Assembly: GCA_044226015.1 (NCBI GenBank)
Contig: JBGAHS010000005.1
Span: forward strand, 1 to 64,000
Length of the DNA: 64,000 nucleotides
DNA from: Candidatus Obscuribacteraceae bacterium
Lineage (GTDB): Bacteria > Cyanobacteriota > Vampirovibrionia > Obscuribacterales > Obscuribacteraceae
Direction: 5' to 3'
Part shown: piece by piece, positions 30,937 through 39,519 of the stretch
How the letters are laid out: each line of letters begins with the position of its first letter
Position numbering within the stretch: the stretch's first letter is position 1
Translations under genes and position numbers: made by a program
The notes under the pieces: generated by a model
Database searches by the model: none
Seen by the model: only the letters and a program-made list of their open reading frames with translations
Told to the model about the DNA's origin: nothing

Positions 30937-33066
30937 GTGGAAGTTCAAAAGACGGAAGAAGCTCGCATTGTTTGCTGCAAAATATGCAGCAAAGACCCCT
31001 GTGTGTGCGAGAAGGACGCCGAGGTTCTGGAAAAGAACGCAGACCAGGTACTCGAAGATATTGCCGAAAGGTTTGCCGAAGGCGGTTCTGCAATATCAAA
31101 TGACCAAACGCAGAGTGTCGATGTCGATGATGAAACAGCCAAATTGAATTTAGCCGATTCGTCCAGAGTAGTGGAGCGCTCAGATTCTGAGTTGGCGCCT
31201 TTCGACCCCTGGATAGGGCGAACCATTAAAGAACAATACGAAATCGTATCGTTGATTGCGCGTGGTGGCATGGGCGCTGTTTATCGTGCCAGGCATGTCT
31301 TGCTTGGCACAAGCAGAGCAATTAAAGTCATTCGTCCAGACGTGCACCGCGATAGTCAGGTGTATCAGCGCTTTAAGCAGGAGGCGCAGGCATTCGAAGC
31401 GCTTTCGCATCCTAACATCATTGGCTTCTATGACTACGGTGTTTTCGAGTATGCACCATATGTGGTGATGGATTTACTAGAGGGGCAATCGCTTGATGCT
31501 GCGATTAGGCGTGAAGGAACACTTCTGCTTGATGAGGCATTGAACATATTTGTGCAAGTTTCTGCTGGGCTTGATCATGCTCATAGCAAGGGCGTTTTGC
31601 ACCGTGACATTAAGCCAAGCAATATCATGCTGGTTCATGATGAGTTAGGCAAGGTGGTGCCTAAAATTCTTGATTTTGGAATAGCTAAAATCAAGAATGC
31701 AACTGAAGAGCAAAAATTAACAGGAACGGGAGAAATATTTGGCAGCCCGGCCTATATGAGCCCCGAGCAAGGGAAAGGGCAAGAGGTTGATGCACGCTCA
31801 GATGTATATTCTCTAGGCTGTGTCATGTATGAATCTATTGTAGGAGAGCCACCATTTGAGGGGCGAAACGCGATTGAGACAATAATGTTGCATCTTAATT
31901 CTCCCGTTGCGAAGTTGCCGAAACCAGCTAAGGGCACCAATCCGGTTGTATATCATGATCTGGAAAATATCATCATGAGATGTCTGGAGAAGGATCCGAA
32001 AGACAGATATGCGTCAATGGCGCAGCTAAACGACGACTTGAAGAGCTTGAGCTACGGCGAACGCCTCTTGCAGTTGCAGCGAGAAAAAAGTCAAAAGAGC
32101 AGACTTCAATTATTCGATAAGATCTACAAGTTTGGTCTAATAGGTTTTGCTATTTCGATTATTCCATATGCTGTTTTTGCAGTTTACCTGGACCCAAATT
32201 CCTGGAGAAAAGAACTTGCTGAAGCATTGGAAGATCAAGACAATGCTGACAAAGTGATCCAGCAAATCATTCGCGACTTGAATCCTAAAGAGGATATGTA
32301 CAATTGGAACAAAGCTTACTTGCTGTGGAATCAGGCTCAAATTTATCGAATGAAAAGCGCTAGCAATCCCAATCTTTTAGCTTTTGCTGAGGAGAAATAT
32401 CAGCAAGCAAAAGTGGCTGTGGATCAATTCTCCACAGAAAAAGGTGGTTATCCTCGCTTAATTCGCAGCATGAAGGCTATGTGTAATCAGGGTCTAGTTC
32501 GATGTCATTTAGACGCATTTTCTAAGATTCACGCTCCTGCCACACTTAAGAAATTGATCGCTCAAGCAAAGTCGCTCTATAAGAGCGGAGAATTAGACTC
32601 TAAAGATGCAAAAGACAACGAGTTAGTGCAGGCACTTAAAGACGCCACGTCTGCTGTTTCTCTTCGGCGAGAAACCCTTCAAGCAAAAGGCGATAACAAA
32701 AATGATGGAGTTCTCCTGGCACAGGCGCTTGAACTAATGGCTCAAGCGCTGGCTCCTCTGGGCGAGTACAAGCGCATTGATGAGATTCTTTCGGAGCAAG
32801 AGCGCATAGTTTCTCAGTACGCGCCTGCTAGCTGGATGGAAGTCGATTGTTTGCTCAATCGAGCTGAAATCTTACGCCTGCTCGGACGGAAGAGCGAAGC
32901 AATGGAAAAGCTGGTTAAAGCTCGAGAGTTCGAGTTTGACCTCTATAGGAGCCAGAGCGATCCTTACGTTTTGAATATTCAAAATCGAATTGACGCATTG
33001 CAAAAGGAGCTTACGCAACTGAGATTTGATAATGCAAACTCTCAAAATACTTCAGCTGATTTTTGA
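30937..33066 (+). CDS. Hanks-type Ser/Thr kinase with Cys-rich N-terminus, TM helix and TPR-like C-terminus
   Basis: IARGGMGAVY, AIK, HRDIKPSN, DFG, YMSPEQ, SDVYSLG; CCKICSKDPCVC; TM FGLIGFAISIIPYAVFAVYL. Confidence 0.93.
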   Translation: MEVQKTEEARIVCCKICSKDPCVCEKDAEVLEKNADQVLEDIAERFAEGGSAISNDQTQSVDVDDETAKLNLADSSRVVERSDSELAPFDPWIGRTIKEQYEIVSLIARGGMGAVYRARHVLLGTSRAIKVIRPDVHRDSQVYQRFKQEAQAFEALSHPNIIGFYDYGVFEYAPYVVMDLLEGQSLDAAIRREGTLLLDEALNIFVQVSAGLDHAHSKGVLHRDIKPSNIMLVHDELGKVVPKILDFGIAKIKNATEEQKLTGTGEIFGSPAYMSPEQGKGQEVDARSDVYSLGCVMYESIVGEPPFEGRNAIETIMLHLNSPVAKLPKPAKGTNPVVYHDLENIIMRCLEKDPKDRYASMAQLNDDLKSLSYGERLLQLQREKSQKSRLQLFDKIYKFGLIGFAISIIPYAVFAVYLDPNSWRKELAEALEDQDNADKVIQQIIRDLNPKEDMYNWNKAYLLWNQAQIYRMKSASNPNLLAFAEEKYQQAKVAVDQFSTEKGGYPRLIRSMKAMCNQGLVRCHLDAFSKIHAPATLKKLIAQAKSLYKSGELDSKDAKDNELVQALKDATSAVSLRRETLQAKGDNKNDGVLLAQALELMAQALAPLGEYKRIDEILSEQERIVSQYAPASWMEVDCLLNRAEILRLLGRKSEAMEKLVKAREFEFDLYRSQSDPYVLNIQNRIDALQKELTQLRFDNANSQNTSADF

Positions 33067-33077
33067 AGCAGCCGCGT

Positions 33078-34943
33078 TTAGTATTCCATTATGGTTCCGG
33101 CGCGTTCAATAATGAGTTCTGCTAACTCTTCATCTCCGGCAAGCAAAATTCCTGGCATAAGATGCTCTTGAGCTTCACTACCACGCTTAGCCCAGCGCTC
33201 TGACGCTATGACTGTGGCTCCGTCTTTAATGAGCTGCTGAAGCATGCCTTGCATCGAAGTCAGTTTCTTTACCATCTGTGGGTCAAGGTTGAATTTTGCT
33301 GCCACCACATCTGGTTTCAAAACCAGACAGACTGATTCCAGGTCAAGTAGAATTGTTATTGTTACGTCGCGTCTCAAGATGTTTCTTGCAAGATTTAGCC
33401 CTTCCCAGAGCACCTCCATCTCGAAGGGACTGCGGAATCTCTTAAAACGTATTGTGATTCCGCGCTTTAGTTGGTGCAGCTGTGCTTCAATACTTGCTGG
33501 CATCGGAGGCAGAGCTGGTGCCGTAAATGGAGCTGGTTGAGCGGGCACTGGTGGTGGTGGCGGTACGTGTGCTGCTTGCTTGGGCGCTGATCCATCAAAT
33601 CTGCTTAGCAGCTCACCAGCAGCTGCGGCTTCCTTAGCCATTGGTGCGCCACCAGAAGGTACATTCTCAGGTATAATTCCTCGTTGTCCGGTTGCGGCAA
33701 ATGTCCAGAGGTCCGCGCCCAGTTCTGCGGCGTTCTGATACCGAGCATTAGGATCTTTTTCCAGGCATCGCATAACGATGGTTTCAAGTTCGATTGGGAA
33801 ATCTACATCTGGCACCTTCACATTTAGTGGCTGTGGCATCTCACTTAATTGCATGAGCAAGACTTTGATCGCGCTATCGTGAACAAATGGTGGCGCACCT
33901 GTAAGTGCCTCGTACATGACACAGCCCAGCGAATAGATGTCAGAACGCGGATCTGCCTCTGCTCCAGCGCATTGTTCAGGTGCGATGTAAGCCGGGCTAC
34001 CGAGCACATTTCCTGTTGGTGTGAGGTTGTCTCGATTTTCCTCGACGTGTCTTTTGGCAATACCGAAGTCTACAATTTTTGCGATATCGACGCCTGCTTC
34101 AGACTGAATGATCATGATGTTGCTAGGCTTTACGTCACGATGCACAATCATCTTTCGATGTGCGTGTTGCAACCCGTCGCAGACCTGAGTGAATATATTG
34201 ATGAACTTTCGAACTTCCAGTCGGCCTTTCTTTTCGATCAGGTGAGTGAGCGGTTTTCCCTCAAGATATTCCATGGTCATGTATGGCTGGCCATGTTTGG
34301 AGAAACCGAATTCCATCATGTTGATGAGGTTGCGGTGCTTCAGATCCTGACAGGCTGCTGCCTCGTCTTCGAAGCGCTTTTTGCTTTCTACATCATTTAA
34401 GAGGTGTGGGTGCAAGACTTTGAGTGCAACAATAAGCCCGTCTGGTTTGCGCTTTCCTTTATAGATGATACCCATGCCACCATGGCCGAGCCGAGCCAAC
34501 AAATCATATTTGTCTGCAAATTCTTCGTGTGGAAGAGGTTGTTGAGTTTCCGGCGCCTCTTCTTTTTGGTTTTCTTCCTCGACCCGAATATCGGCTGCAA
34601 TGATTGCTTTCGCCATATCTTTCTGGTCGATTGACACTACGAGACTATGAATCAGCGAAATGTCTGCCGAGGTGTAAATCCAGACGATTGCTGAGTCTTC
34701 TTCGTGACCGACGTGAAGGATCCAGGTAGGCTCGACGGCCCCTTTTGCCAGGGTCACTGTAAGTAGATATGTGTCATCTTTGTCTTTCCAGCTCAAGATT
34801 ATCGGACGACCGATATCTCTTTGAGCTTTCAACATGCTAAATCGCAGGTCTTCCTGGGTGGGCTGGTGGTTCAACGGAACCAATTTCTCTGGAGCCTTCT
34901 TTTGCTCCGTGTTTTTTTTCTTGAACGAATCCTGTAGAGGCAT
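33078..34943 (-). CDS. Cytoplasmic Ser/Thr kinase with unnamed N-terminal domain and DsrE-like C-terminal domain
   Basis: LGHGGMGIIY, VALK, HRDVKPSN, DFG, YIAPEQ; C-terminal GLNLARNILRRDVTITILLDLESV...LIKDGATVIASERWAKRG resembles DsrE/F. Confidence 0.9.
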   Translation of the reverse strand: MPLQDSFKKKNTEQKKAPEKLVPLNHQPTQEDLRFSMLKAQRDIGRPIILSWKDKDDTYLLTVTLAKGAVEPTWILHVGHEEDSAIVWIYTSADISLIHSLVVSIDQKDMAKAIIAADIRVEEENQKEEAPETQQPLPHEEFADKYDLLARLGHGGMGIIYKGKRKPDGLIVALKVLHPHLLNDVESKKRFEDEAAACQDLKHRNLINMMEFGFSKHGQPYMTMEYLEGKPLTHLIEKKGRLEVRKFINIFTQVCDGLQHAHRKMIVHRDVKPSNIMIIQSEAGVDIAKIVDFGIAKRHVEENRDNLTPTGNVLGSPAYIAPEQCAGAEADPRSDIYSLGCVMYEALTGAPPFVHDSAIKVLLMQLSEMPQPLNVKVPDVDFPIELETIVMRCLEKDPNARYQNAAELGADLWTFAATGQRGIIPENVPSGGAPMAKEAAAAGELLSRFDGSAPKQAAHVPPPPPVPAQPAPFTAPALPPMPASIEAQLHQLKRGITIRFKRFRSPFEMEVLWEGLNLARNILRRDVTITILLDLESVCLVLKPDVVAAKFNLDPQMVKKLTSMQGMLQQLIKDGATVIASERWAKRGSEAQEHLMPGILLAGDEELAELIIERAGTIMEY

Positions 34944-35080
34944 ATGTGCCAGTCATCCCCAGTAAAAATTACACCAATCTAATATAGACATTCCCAAAAT
35001 GAGAAATCTCTCACAGATATGAATGTTAATTGCCCTCATCGTGGAAAATAAATGTTTGAAGGATTTGCGGGGTTTTTTAC

Positions 35081-35734
35081 TTGAGTTCTACTGCTAAGGG
35101 CAATTTCTACGAGGAAGCCGAGCACTGTTTGGCTGAAATGGATGGAGTGAAAGCTGATGAGCTTTTCTTGAATCTGGTTGTGAGACTCGAAAGTGAGTTC
35201 AACAAGAATCAGAAAGATGTAGCAGCTGAACTTCAGCGTATCGCCAAAGCCATTGAATCGGATGGAAAATCCGATGAGGCTTTGCGATTTAAGCAGCGAA
35301 CTTGCGAGGTCATGTTGCGCCGCAGTATGGCGGAACGAAGGCGCAATCAGGCTCCTCCAGGAGCACCCGCGCGCGACACTCGAAGCCTGACACAGATGGC
35401 GTTTGTTTGCTTTGCTGCTGACCCTGCAAGCTATGCCGGTTTTATGATTCGCACGGGGCTGAATTCTGAGCTGAGGGTTTTACCTGATGCTTCTCGGTGG
35501 ATCAGGTCTAAAGAAGGACAGTTGATTTTGGTAGCGCGGCAAAATCGCCTCAGTGGATTTTTTCCGCTTTTTATCGCACCATCGCGAGAGGATGCAGCGA
35601 GATTGATGCAAGACAACGGCAATTTTCTTGATGGGGAGGAAATTGATGTTTGCGGAATGAAATTGCTTGTTCTGAAAGACAAGGCTAGTCAAAGATTTTT
35701 GCTTGGTGGCGGCGAGATACTGCAAAACGTGTAA
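35081..35734 (+). CDS. Hypothetical protein (helical N-half, possible glyoxalase/VOC-like C-half)
   Basis: 217-aa ORF with TTG start, divergent from the kinase; the fold guess is weak. Confidence 0.5.
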   Translation: MSSTAKGNFYEEAEHCLAEMDGVKADELFLNLVVRLESEFNKNQKDVAAELQRIAKAIESDGKSDEALRFKQRTCEVMLRRSMAERRRNQAPPGAPARDTRSLTQMAFVCFAADPASYAGFMIRTGLNSELRVLPDASRWIRSKEGQLILVARQNRLSGFFPLFIAPSREDAARLMQDNGNFLDGEEIDVCGMKLLVLKDKASQRFLLGGGEILQNV

Positions 35735-35760
35735 GTCACATTCTACTTAGAGGCGCGGAA

Positions 35761-36162
35761 ATGGGTTTTTTCGACAAAATCAAAAAAGAAGTCAGCGACA
35801 GCTTAGACTGGAGAAAAGTCAAAGTGGTGGCAGGTGACATTCAGGCTGGAGAGTGGGACTTTAATGGTGGCATGATGACGCCAGATATGAGTACTGGGCT
35901 TGCTGAGTGCGTTTCACTTATGGGAAACATTGAGTCAATTCAAGTTCAAACTCAAGAGTCTGTGAAAGATTTAGCAAAAACCTTGGGACTCACCGTAGCT
36001 GGTGGCGTCTTATTTGGTCCTCTCGGTGCCATTGCGGGATATTTCGCAAGCGGCAACCGAAAAGAAGTATGTGCGTTGGTTAAATTGAAGGATGGCAAGA
36101 AATTTCTGGCTGTGATGGATCAGCGCATTTATCAACAATGCATTGGTCTCAGTATGATGTGA
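35761..36162 (+). CDS. Hypothetical protein with glycine-zipper segment
   Basis: GAGG RBS; GLTVAGGVLFGPLGAIAG hydrophobic Gly zipper. Confidence 0.7.
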   Translation: MGFFDKIKKEVSDSLDWRKVKVVAGDIQAGEWDFNGGMMTPDMSTGLAECVSLMGNIESIQVQTQESVKDLAKTLGLTVAGGVLFGPLGAIAGYFASGNRKEVCALVKLKDGKKFLAVMDQRIYQQCIGLSMM

Positions 36163-36229
36163 GGAGAATCGCCGCCGTAGTGATGTTCTGCCGTGCTAAA
36201 ATAGCAAGTCGTTCATGTGAGAATATCCG

Positions 36230-36952
36230 ATGCGTAGCCTGTCTTCCTTAGACATCAAATTTTTTGCGATGGTATTTTTCAGTTTGCAGGTGTCAGTGGG
36301 CGCGCCAAGTTGTTTGGCTAGTGCGCAAAATGAGCCTTCAAGCTATTCGCTTAAGCCGAAGTTTGATAGCAAGCTTGGCTTGCCAGATCCTAAGAAAAAT
36401 CGCGAGGCAATCAAGCTTCCATCTAATTTGATACCAGTGCCTATGACAAGACAGGCTACTGATTACACCTGTGGCGTAGCTGCGATGCAGAGTCTGTTCG
36501 CCTACTATGGTGACGAATTTACAGAAATGCCACTGGCGAAGCTTCTGAAGTCGAATTTCAGGTACGGCACTGCTTACAAATCGATCGAGAGCTTTTCTAA
36601 AGAGAAGGGCTACTCAGTAGAGATTCACAAGGAAATGACGCTTGAGCAGCTCAAGCAGTTTATCGACAAAAAGCAGCCTGTGCTTTGTCTTGTCCAAGCC
36701 TGGGCGAGTGTTCCGACCGATTACAGAACCGAATGGAAAGACGGGCATTACGTTGTTGCTGTTGGCTACGACGAAAAGAACATTTTTTTTATGGACCCGT
36801 CTACGCTTGGCGATTATGCATACATACCTGTCGATGAGTTTATTGAGCGCTGGCATGACACCGATGGACACGAGCGTTTGCACCATTTCGGCATGATAGT
36901 TTTGAAAGACAAAATCAAATACGAGCCTGGTGTCGCAACGTTCATGGAGTGA
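36230..36952 (+). CDS. Secreted stand-alone C39-like cysteine peptidase
   Basis: QATDYTCGVAA (Gln, Cys), GHYVVAVG (His), MDP (Asp); signal peptide. Confidence 0.88.
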   Translation: MRSLSSLDIKFFAMVFFSLQVSVGAPSCLASAQNEPSSYSLKPKFDSKLGLPDPKKNREAIKLPSNLIPVPMTRQATDYTCGVAAMQSLFAYYGDEFTEMPLAKLLKSNFRYGTAYKSIESFSKEKGYSVEIHKEMTLEQLKQFIDKKQPVLCLVQAWASVPTDYRTEWKDGHYVVAVGYDEKNIFFMDPSTLGDYAYIPVDEFIERWHDTDGHERLHHFGMIVLKDKIKYEPGVATFME

Positions 36953-37056
36953 GTGTTACTCTTGGACTTTCCAGGAGATGTTGTAAAATAGGGCGTGTTC
37001 AGAGGCTCATTCTTAGCCTGATTTAAGCTTGCTCCGCTTTTGCGCGAGTTCCGGAG

Positions 37057-37248
37057 TTGAATATGGAAGTCAAAGAAAACACCACTTCTGATGTGGAACC
37101 TTCGTTGAGCAGTTATGATCCGGAATGGGACAAGCCACCACGCAAGGTGCCTGCCTGGGCGATCATGCTGGCGGTACTGTCATTCATCATCGTGAATGCA
37201 ATGTTCCTCTGTTTTGCAATGCAAATGAGCAGCAACAACCCGGGATAG
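37057..37248 (+). CDS. Small single-pass membrane protein
   Basis: GGAG upstream; acidic N-terminus followed by one TM helix. Confidence 0.55.
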   Translation: MNMEVKENTTSDVEPSLSSYDPEWDKPPRKVPAWAIMLAVLSFIIVNAMFLCFAMQMSSNNPG

Positions 37249-37275
37249 CTGTTAGGGATAGGTCTGTTAGGGTTA

Positions 37276-37555
37276 GGTCCAGAACCGAATATGTCCAGTA
37301 CTTCCAGTACGGGTGGGTCCAGTACCGCTCAGGTCCAGCACGGGTGGGGTCAGCATGGATAGGTCCAGCACGGATGGGTTCAGTACGGGTGAGTTCAGTA
37401 CGGGTGAGTTCAGTACGGGTGAGTTCAGTACGGATGGGTTCAGTACGGCTCAGGTCCAGAAGGGGTGGTCAGTACGGATGGTCCAGTACGCATGGTCCAG
37501 TTGGGGTGGTCAGTACGGATGTCCAGCACGGATAGATCCAGCACGGATTAGTACC
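37276..37555. repeat. Degenerate ~15-bp tandem array (consensus GTYCAGYACGGRTGR), about 19 units
   Basis: Three exact GTTCAGTACGGGTGA units at about 37378-37422, flanked by variants of about 12-16 bp, between convergent genes. Confidence 0.85.
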
Positions 37556-37566
37556 GTTATGTTCCT

Positions 37567-38199
37567 CTAGGGGTAAACGTTGTGTTTTGGCGCAATAGAC
37601 ACTTGAATGTGGGTGAGCGGACCTAGATTGTCTGACTGCGGATTGATGCTGATCATTGCCTGATCAGTATGGGAGTCACCACGCACCATCATCGCCTGTC
37701 CGAACAATGCTTGGGCTGGATAACGCTCGTTCAGTGCGTAGCCTGCGCGTGGAAGTTGATCTTTGTACCAGTTAAAGACCACTTCTGGTGGGTCGCGCGT
37801 CTCTAAAATAACCTGCTTCCCATACATGCTTGAAGAGTAATAGGCACCATTGGTGGTGCGCAGAATCTTTGTTCTTGTTCCCCGAAACAGCGGAACCGGA
37901 TAGTGCATCGAATCTGCCACACTTATGTCAGCCCAAAGAGTATTGTTCGGGTCTTCGACTAATGAAATCGTCTTTCTCGGAGGCGGGCGCTTCTTTTGTG
38001 ATATTTGCGACCCTGCTTTTGCCGGCGGTTTCTTGTTTGTCGACTTCGAGCTACTCTCCTCGGGCGGACAATTCTTCATCCAAAACGGCACGTATTTTTT
38101 GTCGGCTCTGGCTTCGTTGGCAGACAGCACAAAGCCTGCACACACCGTAAGAGTGCCTGCAAGCCAGATTTTTGCTTGTTGCCTTCGATTTTTGGGCAT
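37567..38199 (-). CDS. Secreted hypothetical protein
   Basis: Signal peptide ending ARA-D; C-terminal YPVPLFRG...ETRDPPEVVFNWYKDQLPRAGY domain. Confidence 0.7.
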   Translation of the reverse strand: MPKNRRQQAKIWLAGTLTVCAGFVLSANEARADKKYVPFWMKNCPPEESSSKSTNKKPPAKAGSQISQKKRPPPRKTISLVEDPNNTLWADISVADSMHYPVPLFRGTRTKILRTTNGAYYSSSMYGKQVILETRDPPEVVFNWYKDQLPRAGYALNERYPAQALFGQAMMVRGDSHTDQAMISINPQSDNLGPLTHIQVSIAPKHNVYP

Positions 38200-38211
38200 T
38201 CGGGAGGACGT

Positions 38212-38439
38212 TTAGCGGAAACCACCGAAAACGGGATGAAGTAATGGCATCCCTTGATGTTGTCCTACCACTTTTACAAGGATTTCCTTACCCATTGGCA
38301 AAGAATTTTCTTCCGGAACGAAACCCTTACCTTGCGGAAGTTTTCCGGACTGCACAATGTAGCCGCCAGGGACTTTAGACACTGCTTTTCCCGGAAGCAC
38401 TTGTCCCATGACATTCTTGACTGATCCACCACCTAGCAT
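38212..38439 (-). CDS. Small hypothetical protein, possibly an OB/S1-like beta barrel
   Basis: GGGAG RBS; 12 bp from the next gene; GKAVSKVPGGYIV...GFVP...GKEILVKVV pattern. Confidence 0.55.
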   Translation of the reverse strand: MLGGGSVKNVMGQVLPGKAVSKVPGGYIVQSGKLPQGKGFVPEENSLPMGKEILVKVVGQHQGMPLLHPVFGGFR

Positions 38440-38534
38440 TTTTTGACTCTCCCAAAGAACCGCTCTCTCTCTCTTTGATTAAGACAGAATAGCTCAGAGA
38501 ATTAGGAGGGTCAGCGAAAATTCTGCTAATGCTC

Positions 38535-38540
38535 TATAAT
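38535..38540 (+). promoter_or_regulatory. Candidate -10 box for the tRNA
   Basis: Perfect TATAAT about 30 bp upstream of the tRNA; no clear -35. Confidence 0.4.
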
Positions 38541-38571
38541 CTAAGGGTCAGGGCTAGCCCTTGGCATCGAA

Positions 38572-38645
38572 GCGCCCATAGCTCAGCTGGATAGAGCGCA
38601 TGGCTTCGAACCATAAGGTCGGGAGTTCGAATCTCTCTGGGCGCG
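38572..38645 (+). tRNA. tRNA-Arg, anticodon UCG, CCA not encoded
   Basis: Acceptor GCGCCCA/TGGGCGC, D arm GCTC-AGCTGGATA-GAGC, anticodon loop CTTCGAA (TCG at 38606-38608), T arm GGGAG-TTCGAAT-CTCTC. Confidence 0.95.
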
Positions 38646-38653
38646 TTCTTTAT

Positions 38654-38679
38654 TCCTCCTGAGTTTCGGGAGGATTTTT
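38654..38679 (+). terminator. Intrinsic terminator after tRNA-Arg
   Basis: TCCTCCTGA-GTT-TCGGGAGGA followed by TTTTT. Confidence 0.75.
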
Positions 38680-38738
38680 GCTTTTTGTAGAATCAATTTG
38701 AATTAGCTGGCTAACATACGGATCAAAGAGTTGTACAT

Positions 38739-39338
38739 ATGAAATTAGTTTTGGCTGTGACATTCATGTTCTTGCTACTTTCGCAAAACGCACTTTCGGC
38801 TGACGATTGGGCTCAAGAGACGCAATCGATAGGAGCCGAGGATAATTCGAGTCGTAAGTCTGTTGGTATGTTCGAATTTAAAGGAAAGCCACTTGGAATA
38901 AGCTTGGAGGAATGGCAGAAGTCTCCGTATCCCTCAATTTCCGATCGGGTGGTGTCGGTAGTACCAGTTGATGCTCCGTCGGCTTATTTTAAAGATGCCC
39001 TTTGTTTCAAAATCAAACTGAAGGATTCGGCAGATAAAGAGTGTCCCACTACTATCGCGAACTTTCCATGTGACAATCAATGGTTGTTTAGGAAGGATCG
39101 AGTCGGCACTCACAGGCTAATGATGATTGTTCTAGCTTGTACATCAAACGCCTATCCAAAAGTTGCTCAAGCACTGCGCCAGAAGTACGGTGCTGCGCAA
39201 AATATGACGGATGAGATTTACTGGGAGGTGGGATCGAGTCGTCTTGAATGTTACCGTCGCCATGGCTCTTGTGTTATTCGTTTCATCAATAGAGATTTGC
39301 TTCCAGCTGATCAGCCTCCAACATCTCTAGATCTGTAG
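38739..39338 (+). CDS. Secreted hypothetical protein
   Basis: Signal peptide ending ALSA-D; FEFKGKPLGISLEEW...ALRQKYGA pattern. Confidence 0.7.
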   Translation: MKLVLAVTFMFLLLSQNALSADDWAQETQSIGAEDNSSRKSVGMFEFKGKPLGISLEEWQKSPYPSISDRVVSVVPVDAPSAYFKDALCFKIKLKDSADKECPTTIANFPCDNQWLFRKDRVGTHRLMMIVLACTSNAYPKVAQALRQKYGAAQNMTDEIYWEVGSSRLECYRRHGSCVIRFINRDLLPADQPPTSLDL

Positions 39339-39352
39339 TGAAAGTTCACGTA

Positions 39353-39489
39353 TCAAACGTCGCTCACTTGCATGCCACCTTACTTGACGCGCCACTTGTA
39401 GAACGGCTGATCAGATATCCCGTACTTTCTGCCGTTGCTTGTGCCTGCCTCCGACTCCTTCAAAATAGCTACGATCTGCTCTTCTGTAA
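39353..39489 (-). pseudogene. IS3-family orfA N-terminal fragment in inverted orientation
   Basis: Minus strand reads FTEEQIVAILKESEAGTSNGRKYGISDQPFYKWRVK*GGMQVSDV*, the HTH half of an IS407-group OrfA with a deletion and stops. Confidence 0.8.
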
Positions 39490-39519
39490 AATTGGCCGCG
39501 GTCGACTTTCGATGTACCT

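Noticed and set aside
36230..37248. C39 peptidase plus small ORF as a bacteriocin/RiPP cluster
   Set aside because: No ABC transporter or modifying enzyme, no double-glycine leader; the small ORF looks like a membrane protein.
37276..37555. CRISPR array, or a pentapeptide-repeat CDS (GEFST or SSVRV)
   Set aside because: Units are contiguous with no unique spacers, no cas genes are present, and variable unit length breaks the peptide periodicity.
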